DNA of 64,000 bases from Candidatus Kapaibacterium sp. (GCA_938031175.1 CALHGZ010000010.1:83508-147507); one strand, 5' to 3'; numbered from the stretch's first letter, positions 18,518 through 28,738 are shown. Notes: a model not told the origin generated them from the letters alone. Made by a program: numbers and translations.

Positions 18518-20491
18518 ATGAATTATATTAGAATTTTAATCATTTCGATCCTTTTTATATCTTCAATAACCAAATCCTTATGTGATGAATTTAGAGTTAT
18601 AAATTCAATTGAAGAATTCGGATTAAATGCACGCGGCGGTTTTCAACACAATATTTATACAGCAAATTTTTCTCATTTCCAGGATGCTATTGACTGTGGA
18701 GTATTTAAATTTGGCAATGGTTTAGGCTATGTTCTTGGTGTAGGATTAGAATATCCTTTGCTTTCCCAGTCCCATTTGGGATTAGCAGTATTTATTTCAG
18801 ACCGCTCAGGTACATTAAAATTGAATAGTTCATTTCGCTCATATGACACAACTCTTAAGGAAGTAATAGTTATAAACACTGAAAACAGACTTAAAGTCCG
18901 TTTGCTATACATTGATATTCAATCAGAATTTTATATGTTATTGATGAAAAATCTATTTAATGGTCCATTAAGAAGCTTTTTTAGTTTACGAATGTCCTTA
19001 CCCTTGGAACCTAATTTTGAACAAAAGGAAACAATTTTGTCCCCTCAAAATGCTGTATTTAATATAAATGGAATTAGGACACGAAATCGAATTGTCTCCA
19101 ATGGCAATATTTCAACAATATCATCCCCTGTTTTTGGTATTGGAATTGGTTTGGAAAATATGTTAGATATTGGAAATAACAATTTTTTAACTCAGAAATT
19201 AGGTTTTGATTATTGCTTTAATAACTTAACCAGAGATGTAGAATGGAAAACTTACGCCTTGCGTTTAGAGCTGGGTTTGAGATTTTCATTTAGTAAAATT
19301 TCTGAGAAAATCACAACTCCACCTATTGAAAAAACGATTGAGGATACTATAATAACTAAAGAAGAAATTACTGCCGAAGAATCAACTATACCTCAAATTT
19401 ACCCTATGCCACAATTGGCTATAAGCGAAAAATCGCGAAATTTGGAAATATTAACAGGTAACGAACTTTTAGCTACTCCTCCAATTGTTAACGCAATTTT
19501 CTTCGAAAGGAATTCTGCTGAAATTCCAAAATTTTATGAATTACAAAAAGGATTAGAAAGCTATTACGACCAAGACCCCGTATATATACACAAATACATA
19601 CTTCCCCGAATAGTTGATATTATTAAAAAAAATCCAAACTCGAGGATAATATTAGAAGGTACTACCTCAGGCAGTCAGTATGAACCAGAAGGACTCTCAT
19701 TATCGAGAAAAAGAGCTGAGGCTGTTCAAAAAGCTTTTATCGATCTTGGAGTTGCCAAGAATCTTATATCAATAGAACCAAGAATTTTTCCAAGGGTACC
19801 ATCCAATCAGGAATTTGAAAAAGGGGTTATAGAAAATCAACGAGTAGATATTTTAGTAATTGATGCACCCTTGCAAGAATATATGAATGTGCAAAAATAT
19901 GCTGAATTAAATGGTACTATCGAATTTTTTGCCGATTTTACAAATATTCCAGTTGGTCATTTTGTTCATTTTAAAAGTAACTTTTCTCAAGATAGTGTAT
20001 TGGTTGAAAAGCCAAAGATTATTCCATTAAAGGTAAAACAGCGACTTCAAGATGACAAAGGTTTATATCACTATTTTGGCTTTCTAAAATCTGATACCCT
20101 AACAGCAATTCATAAAAATTTAATTGAATTATCAAAATTATCCAGAAGACAGGTTGAACTTAGTTATGATAGATTTGAGGCTGTATTAACCTTTGATTAT
20201 GACCGAAGTGAACTGAGTAACTCAAACAAGGGATTACTCAAACAATTAGCTGAATTTCTTCCAGATGGTTTCACGATTGTCTTGTTTGGAAGTGCAGATG
20301 CATTAGGTAGCGAACAGCGTAATATTCAACTCGAACGAGAAAGAGCAGACGCCGCAGAAAATTATATCCGAAGTATTACACCCAAAAAATTTAAATTTGA
20401 ACGTATTACAGAATATTTTAATAAATATAGCGAGGAAACTCCACAAGGAAGATTTTTAAATCGATCAATTAGAATTAAATTAAAAAGATAA
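18518..20491 (+). CDS. OmpA family protein with N-terminal barrel and two OmpA-like C-terminal domains
   Basis: Signal peptide; barrel ending RLELGLRFSF; domain 1 IFFERNSA...LSRKRAEAV...NQRVDI; domain 2 FDYDRSEL...GSADALG...NRSIRI. Confidence 0.8.
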   Translation: MNYIRILIISILFISSITKSLCDEFRVINSIEEFGLNARGGFQHNIYTANFSHFQDAIDCGVFKFGNGLGYVLGVGLEYPLLSQSHLGLAVFISDRSGTLKLNSSFRSYDTTLKEVIVINTENRLKVRLLYIDIQSEFYMLLMKNLFNGPLRSFFSLRMSLPLEPNFEQKETILSPQNAVFNINGIRTRNRIVSNGNISTISSPVFGIGIGLENMLDIGNNNFLTQKLGFDYCFNNLTRDVEWKTYALRLELGLRFSFSKISEKITTPPIEKTIEDTIITKEEITAEESTIPQIYPMPQLAISEKSRNLEILTGNELLATPPIVNAIFFERNSAEIPKFYELQKGLESYYDQDPVYIHKYILPRIVDIIKKNPNSRIILEGTTSGSQYEPEGLSLSRKRAEAVQKAFIDLGVAKNLISIEPRIFPRVPSNQEFEKGVIENQRVDILVIDAPLQEYMNVQKYAELNGTIEFFADFTNIPVGHFVHFKSNFSQDSVLVEKPKIIPLKVKQRLQDDKGLYHYFGFLKSDTLTAIHKNLIELSKLSRRQVELSYDRFEAVLTFDYDRSELSNSNKGLLKQLAEFLPDGFTIVLFGSADALGSEQRNIQLERERADAAENYIRSITPKKFKFERITEYFNKYSEETPQGRFLNRSIRIKLKR

Positions 20492-20518
20492 TTATTTTAA
20501 ATGCCAAAATAAACAAAA

Positions 20519-20548
20519 CCCCAAATCATTATTTAGATAATTTTGGGG
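20519..20548. terminator. Probable bidirectional intrinsic terminator
   Basis: CCCCAAA / TTTGGGG stem flanked by A-rich and T-rich tracts between convergent genes. Confidence 0.5.
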
Positions 20549-20567
20549 CTTTATTTTTCTAAAAAAC

Positions 20568-21059
20568 TTATTCTGAAATGTCTTCGTTCAACAAATCAAT
20601 TGCTCTTTTGCCCCCCGCCATCTCCACAATAATATCATCATAATAATCAGCGATAGTAGCAACTGAATTAATCGTTGTCAATAATTCATTTTCATCTAAA
20701 TTAGCACCAGTTATAGCATGAGAAAATGTTATAGTATCATCAAAAAGTAAACCAAATGCACCGTAATGCAATTCTGCGTTTTTTCTTAATAAAAATTTAG
20801 CAAGATCCAAATCGATATTAGCGCCGGTTACTAATTGGGAGATACATTCGACGCAAGTATCCTCATCTGTAAATGGACGAACAACTATAATAATCTGTGT
20901 TGAACCGAAAGGTATCGTAAACTGACCATCGGTAAATGATAAATGGTCGGGAAAATATTTATCAAGAATAGTTTTAACTTTGGTAATAGTTTTTTCCAGT
21001 AATTCAGGTGGAGTATATATAGCGTTTGTATCAGATTTTTTTATTTTATCGTCACTCAT
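20568..21059 (-). CDS. YbjN / type III secretion chaperone-like protein
   Basis: FGSTQI, LLRKNAELHYGAFGL, ADYYDD pattern typical of the YbjN/CesT fold. Confidence 0.7.
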   Translation of the reverse strand: MSDDKIKKSDTNAIYTPPELLEKTITKVKTILDKYFPDHLSFTDGQFTIPFGSTQIIIVVRPFTDEDTCVECISQLVTGANIDLDLAKFLLRKNAELHYGAFGLLFDDTITFSHAITGANLDENELLTTINSVATIADYYDDIIVEMAGGKRAIDLLNEDISE

Positions 21060-21086
21060 TTTTAACCTCTTGTTTGATTGTTAATA

Positions 21087-21779
21087 CTATTTATCACCGG
21101 ATTCATCTGAACTAGGCAATAATCCCATTTTAGCTTTTAATTGTAATAGCTCATCGTCAACTGTAGAACTCGTTGCAAGCTTCTTAAATTCATCATCGAG
21201 ATATGTTTTTTCTCCGGCTAATTGTTGAAAAGCTTCAGCTTCTGATTCAAGTTTTTCTATTTTCGTTTCATATTTTTCAAATTTACTAAAAGCATCAGAG
21301 CCAACACCGCTAAAAGCTTGAGCAATTTGCTTTTGTGCTTTTGCAGCTTGAGATCGGGCTATTAATGTACTTTGCCTTGCTCGAGCTTCTTCAAGTTTTG
21401 CCTTCAATTGATCGAGTTGCTGTCTTAATTTATTTGTCATAGCTCTAGATTGTTCGAGGACAGGCTGTAAATCATTTACATTTCTAAGACTTATAGCTTT
21501 TTTCTCAAGAGCCGCTTTTGCCAAATCTTCTCTTCCAGCGGATAATGCCTGCATAGCCTTTTGTTCCCAATCAATTACATCTTTTCTTGCTTTTTCGATT
21601 TTACGTTCGAGCAATTTTTCGTTTGCAATAGCTGATGCAACATGCAGGGTTGTCTTGTTGACTGATTCCTCCATCTCGATTATCATCTCTTTAATCATTT
21701 TTTCTGGATCTTCAGCTTTATCGAGTAAATCATTGATATTTGCTTTGAAAATATCAGCTATACGATTAAATATTCCCAT
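21087..21779 (-). CDS. pspA: PspA/IM30 family protein
   Basis: MGIFNRIADIFKANINDLLDKAEDPEKM, GREDLAKAAL, VDDELLQLKAKM. Confidence 0.95.
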   Translation of the reverse strand: MGIFNRIADIFKANINDLLDKAEDPEKMIKEMIIEMEESVNKTTLHVASAIANEKLLERKIEKARKDVIDWEQKAMQALSAGREDLAKAALEKKAISLRNVNDLQPVLEQSRAMTNKLRQQLDQLKAKLEEARARQSTLIARSQAAKAQKQIAQAFSGVGSDAFSKFEKYETKIEKLESEAEAFQQLAGEKTYLDDEFKKLATSSTVDDELLQLKAKMGLLPSSDESGDK

Positions 21780-21828
21780 AAAAACCTCGTTTCTATTAAA
21801 AAAATTATTCTGAATCGATTGCTTATAA

Positions 21829-21836
21829 CAAATTTA
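21829..21836 (-). promoter_or_regulatory. Bacteroidota-type -7 element upstream of pspA
   Basis: TAAATTTG on minus strand, about 49 nt upstream of ATG. Confidence 0.45.
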
Positions 21837-21919
21837 AAATATACTTTCGAGAATGCGAAAGAATTTATTAATTTCGATAACAACTAAATTGACGTTTTAT
21901 TTTATTTTTTGGAGACCAA

Positions 21920-22246
21920 ATGAAGTTCGATATACAATCAATGCTTGAGCAGGCTCAAAAAATGCAAGCAGAGATGGAAAAAATTAAAAGTGAAATCGCC
22001 GAGAAAGTTATCACTGCGGAATCCGGTGGAGGTATGGTCAAAATACAAATTACAGGAGATCTTCAAATAGTAAGTTTAGAATTAAGTAAGGAATTATTGA
22101 ACGAATCAGAAAAAGAATTTCTAGAGGATTTAATAGTTGCTGCTGTTAATAATGCAATAAAATCAGCACAAAACATGGCAAGCGAAGAAATGAAAAAAAT
22201 TACTGGTATGCTTCCTAATATTCCAGGATTAAATTTACCATTTTGA
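21920..22246 (+). CDS. ybaB: YbaB/EbfC nucleoid-associated protein
   Basis: QAQKMQ, ESGGGMVKI, LEDLIVAAVN; directly upstream of recR. Confidence 0.95.
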   Translation: MKFDIQSMLEQAQKMQAEMEKIKSEIAEKVITAESGGGMVKIQITGDLQIVSLELSKELLNESEKEFLEDLIVAAVNNAIKSAQNMASEEMKKITGMLPNIPGLNLPF

Positions 22247-22265
22247 GAATAATTTCTATATAGAT

Positions 22266-22862
22266 ATGATATACACTTCTGAATCAATAGAAAGAGTAGT
22301 TGAGTACTTTTCAAATTTGCCTTCCATAGGTCGTAAAACGGCTTACAGACTGACTATGTTTTTATTAAATCAAAATAGTGATTTCATTGAAAAATTTGCA
22401 CAATCTTTGATTAATCTTAAACAAAATATTAAATATTGCTCACAATGTTATAATTTTACTGAACTTGATCCTTGTCCAATTTGCAGATCTGAGAAAAGAA
22501 ATAAATCGATTATCTGTGTTGTAGAAGAACCAGCAGATGTGAATGCAATAGAAAAAACAAACGAATATCACGGCTTATATCATGTATTACAAGGGGTTAT
22601 TAATCCATTGGAAAACATATCACCGGATGATTTAAAAATTAGAGAGCTTTTACAAAGAATCAAAAGTGACACTGAAGAAGTGATATTAGCTTTAAATCCA
22701 AGCACTGAAGGAGAAGTAACAACTCAGTATTTAACAAAAATCCTGAAACCACTTGGTATAAAAGTTACGAGGATTGCTCGCGGTGTCCCAATGGGTTTAT
22801 CTTTAGAATTTGCCGATGAAGCAACCCTCTCCCGAGCAATTCAAGGAAGGGTCGAGGTATAA
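22266..22862 (+). CDS. recR: Recombination mediator RecR
   Basis: LPSIGRKTA, C4 zinc finger CSQC...CPIC, Toprim EVILALNPSTEGE. Confidence 0.97.
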   Translation: MIYTSESIERVVEYFSNLPSIGRKTAYRLTMFLLNQNSDFIEKFAQSLINLKQNIKYCSQCYNFTELDPCPICRSEKRNKSIICVVEEPADVNAIEKTNEYHGLYHVLQGVINPLENISPDDLKIRELLQRIKSDTEEVILALNPSTEGEVTTQYLTKILKPLGIKVTRIARGVPMGLSLEFADEATLSRAIQGRVEV

Positions 22863-22863
22863 G

Positions 22864-23460
22864 ATGAGAGAGCAATTCATTATATTGTTTATATTTGCCT
22901 TAATCATCCAAAGTTGTGATTTCTTAACAACACGAACCCCAGAAATACCAGATACTGGTGGTAGTTCTTTCAATGTTCCTTTAGAGCCTGAAACAGTAAT
23001 AAACAATTTCAAATCGGCTGTGAACGAGAAAAATATGCAAAACTATTTGCAATGCTTCTCAGATTCAAATAGAAACAAAACGGGTTTTTATTTCATACCT
23101 ACAGCTGAAGTGATGGCTATATATCCTTCAATTTTTCAAAATTGGTCAATTGAAAATGAAAAAAGATATTTCAGCTCAATGATTAATACAATGGCAAACG
23201 AAGTTTATCCCGAACTTACATTTTTTGCAAATAGTTTTCATTCCAAATTACCAGATTCAGCGGTATTTATTTCTGATTATCATCTTAAAATCAGAACAAA
23301 AAGCAACTCCGTTCCAGATGAATATAAAGGTCGTATTCAATTAACCATTACTATTGATAAATCTGGTTTATGGAGTATCTCTCGATGGATTGATTCTAAA
23401 TTACACGCTGATTCGATTAATTCAACTTGGAGTTTGGCAAAAGCATTATTTTCAAATTAA
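22864..23460 (+). CDS. Hypothetical lipoprotein (NTF2/SnoaL-like fold suspected)
   Basis: Start re-assigned to ATG 22864; lipobox IQSC; PETVINNFKSAV...YLQCF; C-terminal WSISRWID. Confidence 0.65.
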   Translation: MREQFIILFIFALIIQSCDFLTTRTPEIPDTGGSSFNVPLEPETVINNFKSAVNEKNMQNYLQCFSDSNRNKTGFYFIPTAEVMAIYPSIFQNWSIENEKRYFSSMINTMANEVYPELTFFANSFHSKLPDSAVFISDYHLKIRTKSNSVPDEYKGRIQLTITIDKSGLWSISRWIDSKLHADSINSTWSLAKALFSN

Positions 23461-23464
23461 TCTG

Positions 23465-23992
23465 ATGAACTCATTTAATCAAATAAAATTCTTTTTTATA
23501 ATTGTTTTTGCATTATTAACAATTGTATTATTTCAAGCATGTATCAATCCTTTTGCTCCTAAAATTGTTGACAATGAAACTCAAAATATTCTTTCAGATC
23601 AAAAAACCATAGAAGGTGTTTTCGATAATTTTCGTTATGCATATATGTTCAAAGATACTGTTGTCTATGGCAAATTATTAGCTGAGGATTTTGTGTTTGT
23701 ATTTCGTAATTACGACAAAGGTATAGATGTATCCTGGGGCAGAAGCGAAGATATGATATCGACTTATAGATTATTTAATGCAACTCAAAATATTGAATTA
23801 CTTTGGAATAACGTACTAACTCCAAGTGGTGATTCCTTGCTTGTAGAAGTTTCTCGCGGATTTACACTTACAATTATTTTCAATCCTTCAGACATTGTCA
23901 AAATTCAAGGGAGAGCCATTTTTCGACTTAAAAGAAATGATACAAACTCACCTTGGTTAATTATACTTTGGAGAGATGAATCTAATTATTGA
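23465..23992 (+). CDS. Hypothetical lipoprotein, paralog-like of upstream gene
   Basis: Start re-assigned to ATG 23465; lipobox FQAC; FDNFRYAY...YGKLLAEDFVF; C-terminal WLIILWRDES. Confidence 0.65.
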   Translation: MNSFNQIKFFFIIVFALLTIVLFQACINPFAPKIVDNETQNILSDQKTIEGVFDNFRYAYMFKDTVVYGKLLAEDFVFVFRNYDKGIDVSWGRSEDMISTYRLFNATQNIELLWNNVLTPSGDSLLVEVSRGFTLTIIFNPSDIVKIQGRAIFRLKRNDTNSPWLIILWRDESNY

Positions 23993-24951
23993 GTTTCTTC
24001 AAGCATTTGTATTTCCTGATTCTGCCTTGGCTTTAATATATATTCATCAATCAAAACATTGCATTCAGGTAAACATTTGATAATATTAGATATTTTTTCG
24101 AAAGGTATTTTATTATTCCGTAAGTTCAATATTTTTAAATTTTTTAGATTACAAATTGTCGCTGGTAAGTCTTTCAAACGATTATTTTCAAGATTCAATT
24201 CTGTTAATTTTTCTAATTTACCTATTTCGGGACTAAGCTGAGCTATTCTGTTGTTGGCAAGGTCAAGATAATGTAATTCTTTTAATCCCGAGATAGATGC
24301 CGGTAAGTTTTTTATTCGATTGTTTGATAAGTCTAAATATGCAAGATCTTTGAAGCGAGTAATACCTTCTGGGAATTGATTGAATCTGTTGTTAGCCAAA
24401 CTTAAACTTTTAGTATTTTCAGGAATATCTGCAGGTAAATTTTTTAGTTTTTGCCTGTCGAAATTTAACGATTTTTCCCCGGCAATAGCATTATAAGTAT
24501 TTGAATTAAGGGATTGCGCCATTAGTAATTTGTTCCCTTCAATTTCATCAACAAGTTCATTCATACTTCTTAAAAGAGCTTCAATAGGTATCGGAGAGCC
24601 ATCAGGTTGGAATATTATTCTTTTATAAATGGCAAGGGCTTCGTTAAATGAGTCTATAGCATTTTGATAAAATAATTTTTTTTCATTTAAATCATTTTTA
24701 CTGCGTCCAATATCACGCATAATATAGCCGTAATATTCTTTTGCAACAGCCAACCAATAATCGCTATTACCAACTAATATTTTGCCTTTTTCGATGTATT
24801 CGATTGCTTTGTCATAATAGCCTGCTTCTCTGTAACTATTGCTTAGTTTGATAAATCTAATTCCAAGTTCGAATGAGTTTCGCTGAGAAAATAGATATTC
24901 CTGATTAAAAATCATTAGTAATATGAATATGGCAGTAAAAATTGTTTTCAT
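23986..24951 (-). CDS. Secreted TPR + leucine-rich-repeat protein
   Basis: Signal peptide; TPR-like AGYYDKAIEY, AIDSFNEALAIY; about 5-6 LRRs (LxxLxLxxNxI/L). Confidence 0.85.
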   Translation of the reverse strand: MKTIFTAIFILLMIFNQEYLFSQRNSFELGIRFIKLSNSYREAGYYDKAIEYIEKGKILVGNSDYWLAVAKEYYGYIMRDIGRSKNDLNEKKLFYQNAIDSFNEALAIYKRIIFQPDGSPIPIEALLRSMNELVDEIEGNKLLMAQSLNSNTYNAIAGEKSLNFDRQKLKNLPADIPENTKSLSLANNRFNQFPEGITRFKDLAYLDLSNNRIKNLPASISGLKELHYLDLANNRIAQLSPEIGKLEKLTELNLENNRLKDLPATICNLKNLKILNLRNNKIPFEKISNIIKCLPECNVLIDEYILKPRQNQEIQMLEETQ

Positions 24952-24969
24952 TATTGTTCTTTTATAAGG

Positions 24970-26106
24970 TTAGAAAATTGTTCTCCAAAAATTATATCTT
25001 AATCCTAAGGTCAGAGCAAAGTTTGTACGAGAGAGATTAAATTCATTGTCTCTAAAATTATCAGCCCTAAGGATTAATTCTTTGTTCAAAGAATGAAATA
25101 CTGAAAAAGAAATATATAATTCAATGGGTAAAAAGCGAGCGAAATTACCTGCAAAATATTCGACATCACCACGCAGACCAGACCAATCATAATCAGTGAA
25201 TGATTTGTTATATATATATCCGTTAGCCCAAAAATATCCTAAACCCAATTTGAAGCCGTCTGTATAATTATCTAAATTAATTATTGGCATAATCCTACCG
25301 CTGAATCCAATGGAATGTAGATTTGAATTCCATACTTCCTTTAATTCATAACTTGGCATACCTTGTATAATGCTTGTTGTTATTATACGTGGAGCAACAT
25401 ATTCATACCAAATGTCAAGTCCACGCCAGAAACCAAATAATTTATATACGTTCAAGTTAATTCGGACACCAAGTGAGGGATCATTTGTAACTTTTTGACC
25501 ATTATTGTTGAGGAAAAGATTTTCGCTTATTGAAACAGAAAGAATTGTTATCATATCAATATCTTGTTCTTCTAGTGCCTTGTATAACTTGCTTATTCTC
25601 TCGTAACAGTCTTTATTAAGTTTTTTAATAATATCTAGCTTTTCCTGTTGACAATCTTTAAGTTGTGTCCAATTATCTTGTAATGTATTTAATACTTCCT
25701 GGATATGTTTTTTTTCATTTGTAATTATTTGCTGTTGTAGCTGTACTATTTTTCTTTCTGGCTCAGCTAAGACCTGATTATAAAAGTCCCAAGCTATACG
25801 GTAATACTTTTTAATAATTTCTATATCAGGTACAGTTAATTCTTCAAGCGTTGGTGGAAAAATTTCTCTTACATTTTCACGTCCACTAAGAACAAGTTGA
25901 GTTCGTAAGACAGCGGCAGAATAGAAATACTCCATAACTTTAAGTGCATAAAGTTCTTCACTTTCTTCATAAAGTTCTAATTGTTCGTCAGGTGGAATTT
26001 GGCTGACCTTTATCAATGGTACAGCTGCATAAAGAAAATTAGTCCCTATTACGAGTATAATTATTACTCTGATAAACAACATTAATCTACTCCTAAAATA
26101 TTTCAA
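24970..26106 (-). CDS. Hypothetical exported protein: helical/coiled-coil N-half, beta-barrel-like C-half
   Basis: Signal peptide; coiled coil; amphipathic beta strands ending LTLGLRYNF. Confidence 0.6.
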   Translation of the reverse strand: MKYFRSRLMLFIRVIIILVIGTNFLYAAVPLIKVSQIPPDEQLELYEESEELYALKVMEYFYSAAVLRTQLVLSGRENVREIFPPTLEELTVPDIEIIKKYYRIAWDFYNQVLAEPERKIVQLQQQIITNEKKHIQEVLNTLQDNWTQLKDCQQEKLDIIKKLNKDCYERISKLYKALEEQDIDMITILSVSISENLFLNNNGQKVTNDPSLGVRINLNVYKLFGFWRGLDIWYEYVAPRIITTSIIQGMPSYELKEVWNSNLHSIGFSGRIMPIINLDNYTDGFKLGLGYFWANGYIYNKSFTDYDWSGLRGDVEYFAGNFARFLPIELYISFSVFHSLNKELILRADNFRDNEFNLSRTNFALTLGLRYNFWRTIF

Positions 26107-26209
26107 TTATCAAATTTATTAATAAATAATTTATGTGTTGCGAATTTTTTGGTTTGTGGATAGAAAACAACTTGCCCCTAAAATATTATCGGAATTAAAA
26201 TTATTTACT

Positions 26210-27484
26210 TTAAGTTTCAAAAGAATGTTCAGGTAAATCTATTTGAAAAACAGTACCTTTTCCAGGAGATGTTTCTTTGATAAAAATTTTACCTTTGTGA
26301 TAATCTTCAATTATCCTTTTAGTTAAACTCAAGCCTAAACCCCATCCTCTTTTTTTTGTCGTAAAACCAGGATAAAATGCCTGTCTTTTCGTTTGTAAAC
26401 TCATTCCCTTCCCGTTATCCTTAACTAAAATACTTACTTTTTTGTTGTTTTTTGTCAGATGAATTTCTACTTGCCCTTTTTTATTATCAATGGCTTCAAC
26501 AGCATTTTTAAAAAGGTTTTCCATGACCCATTTAAATAAATCTTCGTTAATTTCTGCAAAGACATTGCTTTCGAGAAATCTTTTAATTTCAATTTTAGTC
26601 CCAAGATGTGGTAGTCTCTTTTCAAAATAGTTGCAAACTTCATCAATAATCAAGGCTAAATTTTTGACGTTCATTTCAGGTAATGAACCAATCTTAGAAA
26701 ATCTAACGGTGATAGTTTCAAGTCTATTAATATCTTTTTGCATTTCATTTAATATTTCATCTATTTTTTGTGGGTCATTAATATTTATTTTTAAAACTTC
26801 AATCCAAGCAAGTAGGCTTGAAAGAGGAGTACCAAGTTGATGAGCCGCTTCCTTTGACATACCAACCCAAACTTTCGATTCTTCATTTTTTCTAAAATAA
26901 TCAAAAGCCATATACCCAATAAATACAAATATACCCATAACAATAATTGTAAGGATGGGAAAATATCTCAGGTAATCAACTAATTTAGAATGAGAATAAT
27001 ATAATTTTTGTAGAATTATCCCCATATCCTCTATTTCGATTGTTATAGGCTCATATATAGCTCCCATTTCTTTGATCAATTTAATTAGATATTCTCTTTG
27101 TTTATAGGGTGGAAGTTTGGTATCTAAATCAATATTTAAAAGATAAGTTGAGTAAATGGTATCATTAGTAAACTCATCAACGATATATAGGGGATTGTCT
27201 TCAGCATCAGTCATTATAACGGGAAATTTGATTGTAGGAGCTATTTCATATAAGTAGAAGTCAATATCCGATGTATTCTGATTTCGTGGGTCGGTATATT
27301 GACGGAAAATTTCAGCATAGAAATTGATTGTACGTGTTTCTCTATCAATCAACTCTGTAGATAAATATCTGGCATATAAAATAACAGTAATAGAGATGAA
27401 CACTGAAAAGGTAAGCAGAATTAATTTTACCTTATTTTTAGTAAGTAAAATCTTAATCACTCTATTGAAAAAATTTTCGAGCAA
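26210..27484 (-). CDS. Membrane sensor histidine kinase
   Basis: Two TM helices; H-box AAHQLGTPLSSL; ENLFKNAVEA, DNGKGM, GWGLGL. Confidence 0.92.
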   Translation of the reverse strand: MLENFFNRVIKILLTKNKVKLILLTFSVFISITVILYARYLSTELIDRETRTINFYAEIFRQYTDPRNQNTSDIDFYLYEIAPTIKFPVIMTDAEDNPLYIVDEFTNDTIYSTYLLNIDLDTKLPPYKQREYLIKLIKEMGAIYEPITIEIEDMGIILQKLYYSHSKLVDYLRYFPILTIIVMGIFVFIGYMAFDYFRKNEESKVWVGMSKEAAHQLGTPLSSLLAWIEVLKININDPQKIDEILNEMQKDINRLETITVRFSKIGSLPEMNVKNLALIIDEVCNYFEKRLPHLGTKIEIKRFLESNVFAEINEDLFKWVMENLFKNAVEAIDNKKGQVEIHLTKNNKKVSILVKDNGKGMSLQTKRQAFYPGFTTKKRGWGLGLSLTKRIIEDYHKGKIFIKETSPGKGTVFQIDLPEHSFET

Positions 27485-27496
27485 TTTATATATAGT

Positions 27497-28738
27497 CTAT
27501 TTAACTAAAAATTCAATATCATCGAAACTGATTTCCTTTTGAGTACCGTTTTGCATATCTTTCAAGATAAATTTTTGGTTTTTGAACTCAAGGTCACCTA
27601 TAATAATAACGTATTTAGCATTATACTTATTAGCTTCTCTCAATTGAGCCTTAAGTGAACGTCGCATTAAGTCAATTCTTGTGGAAAAATTATTTTCAAT
27701 GAGTTTTTTTTGTATTCCGATCCCAACTTTTATAAACTCAGGATTAGAACAAGCAATATAATAGTCACAACTATCTTTAGTTTGTTTAAATAAGTTATCA
27801 AGAATTAAAATCAATCTTTCCACCCCCATAGCAAATCCAACAGCAGGTGTTTTCTTACCGCCTAATTGTTCAAACAAGCCATCATATCTCCCACCACCAC
27901 CAAAAGAGTCTTGTGCACCAAGTTTTTTGCTACGAAATTCGAAAACGGTATGGCAATAATAATCTAAACCTCTGACTAATTGAGATGTAATAGTAAATCT
28001 AATATTATTATATTTAAGGTAATCCTGAACTTTGCTAAAGTGATTTAAGCTTTCTTCATCAAGATAATCCAGAATATTTGGTGAATTTTTAATTATCTCT
28101 AAATCACCAGTATCTTTAGAATCCAAAATTCTAAGTGGATTAGTTTCCAATCTAAACTTGCTATCCTCAGATAAATCATTTTTGAACTTTTGAAAATATT
28201 CTACAAGTGCCTTGCGGTATCTAATTCGAGTCTGATTTGTACCGAGTGTGTTTATAAGCAAATCATAATCATATATGCCACAAGTTTTCAATATTAAATC
28301 AGCTAAAATTATAACCTCTGCATCAGCTTCGGGATAAGGTGAACCAAGGCATTCAGCTCCGTATTGATGAAATTGTCTCAAACGGCCTTTTTGTGGGCGT
28401 TCATATCTAAAAAAGGGTCCAAAATACCATAAGCGTAAAATAGATGATTGCTCAGCCAATTGATGTTGAATGACGCTACGAACCAAAGCTGCAGTCATCT
28501 CGGGTCTTAGCGTAATTGATTCACCACCTTTATCTGTAAAAGTGTACATTTCTTTATTTACAATATCAGATGTTTCACCTATACTTCTTGAAAATACTTC
28601 AGTTTTCTCGAAAATCGGTGTTCTTAATTCATTGTAACCGAATAAATTTGAAACACGATGGAATATATCTTCAATATAATGCCATTTGTTAATTTCAGTT
28701 GGCAAAATATCTTTTGTACCTCTTATTGATTGTATCAT
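27497..28738 (-). CDS. hisS: Histidine--tRNA ligase
   Basis: IRGTKDILP, LRPEMTA, FRYERPQKGRLRQFHQ, LVRGLDYY, GGGRYDGL; start taken at MIQS (28738). Confidence 0.97.
   Translation of the reverse strand: MIQSIRGTKDILPTEINKWHYIEDIFHRVSNLFGYNELRTPIFEKTEVFSRSIGETSDIVNKEMYTFTDKGGESITLRPEMTAALVRSVIQHQLAEQSSILRLWYFGPFFRYERPQKGRLRQFHQYGAECLGSPYPEADAEVIILADLILKTCGIYDYDLLINTLGTNQTRIRYRKALVEYFQKFKNDLSEDSKFRLETNPLRILDSKDTGDLEIIKNSPNILDYLDEESLNHFSKVQDYLKYNNIRFTITSQLVRGLDYYCHTVFEFRSKKLGAQDSFGGGGRYDGLFEQLGGKKTPAVGFAMGVERLILILDNLFKQTKDSCDYYIACSNPEFIKVGIGIQKKLIENNFSTRIDLMRRSLKAQLREANKYNAKYVIIIGDLEFKNQKFILKDMQNGTQKEISFDDIEFLVK

Noticed and set aside
22810-23464. Longer ORF-track starts at 22810 and 23354 overlapping upstream genes
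   Set aside because: Downstream ATGs (22864, 23465) give clean lipoprotein signal peptides without overlap.
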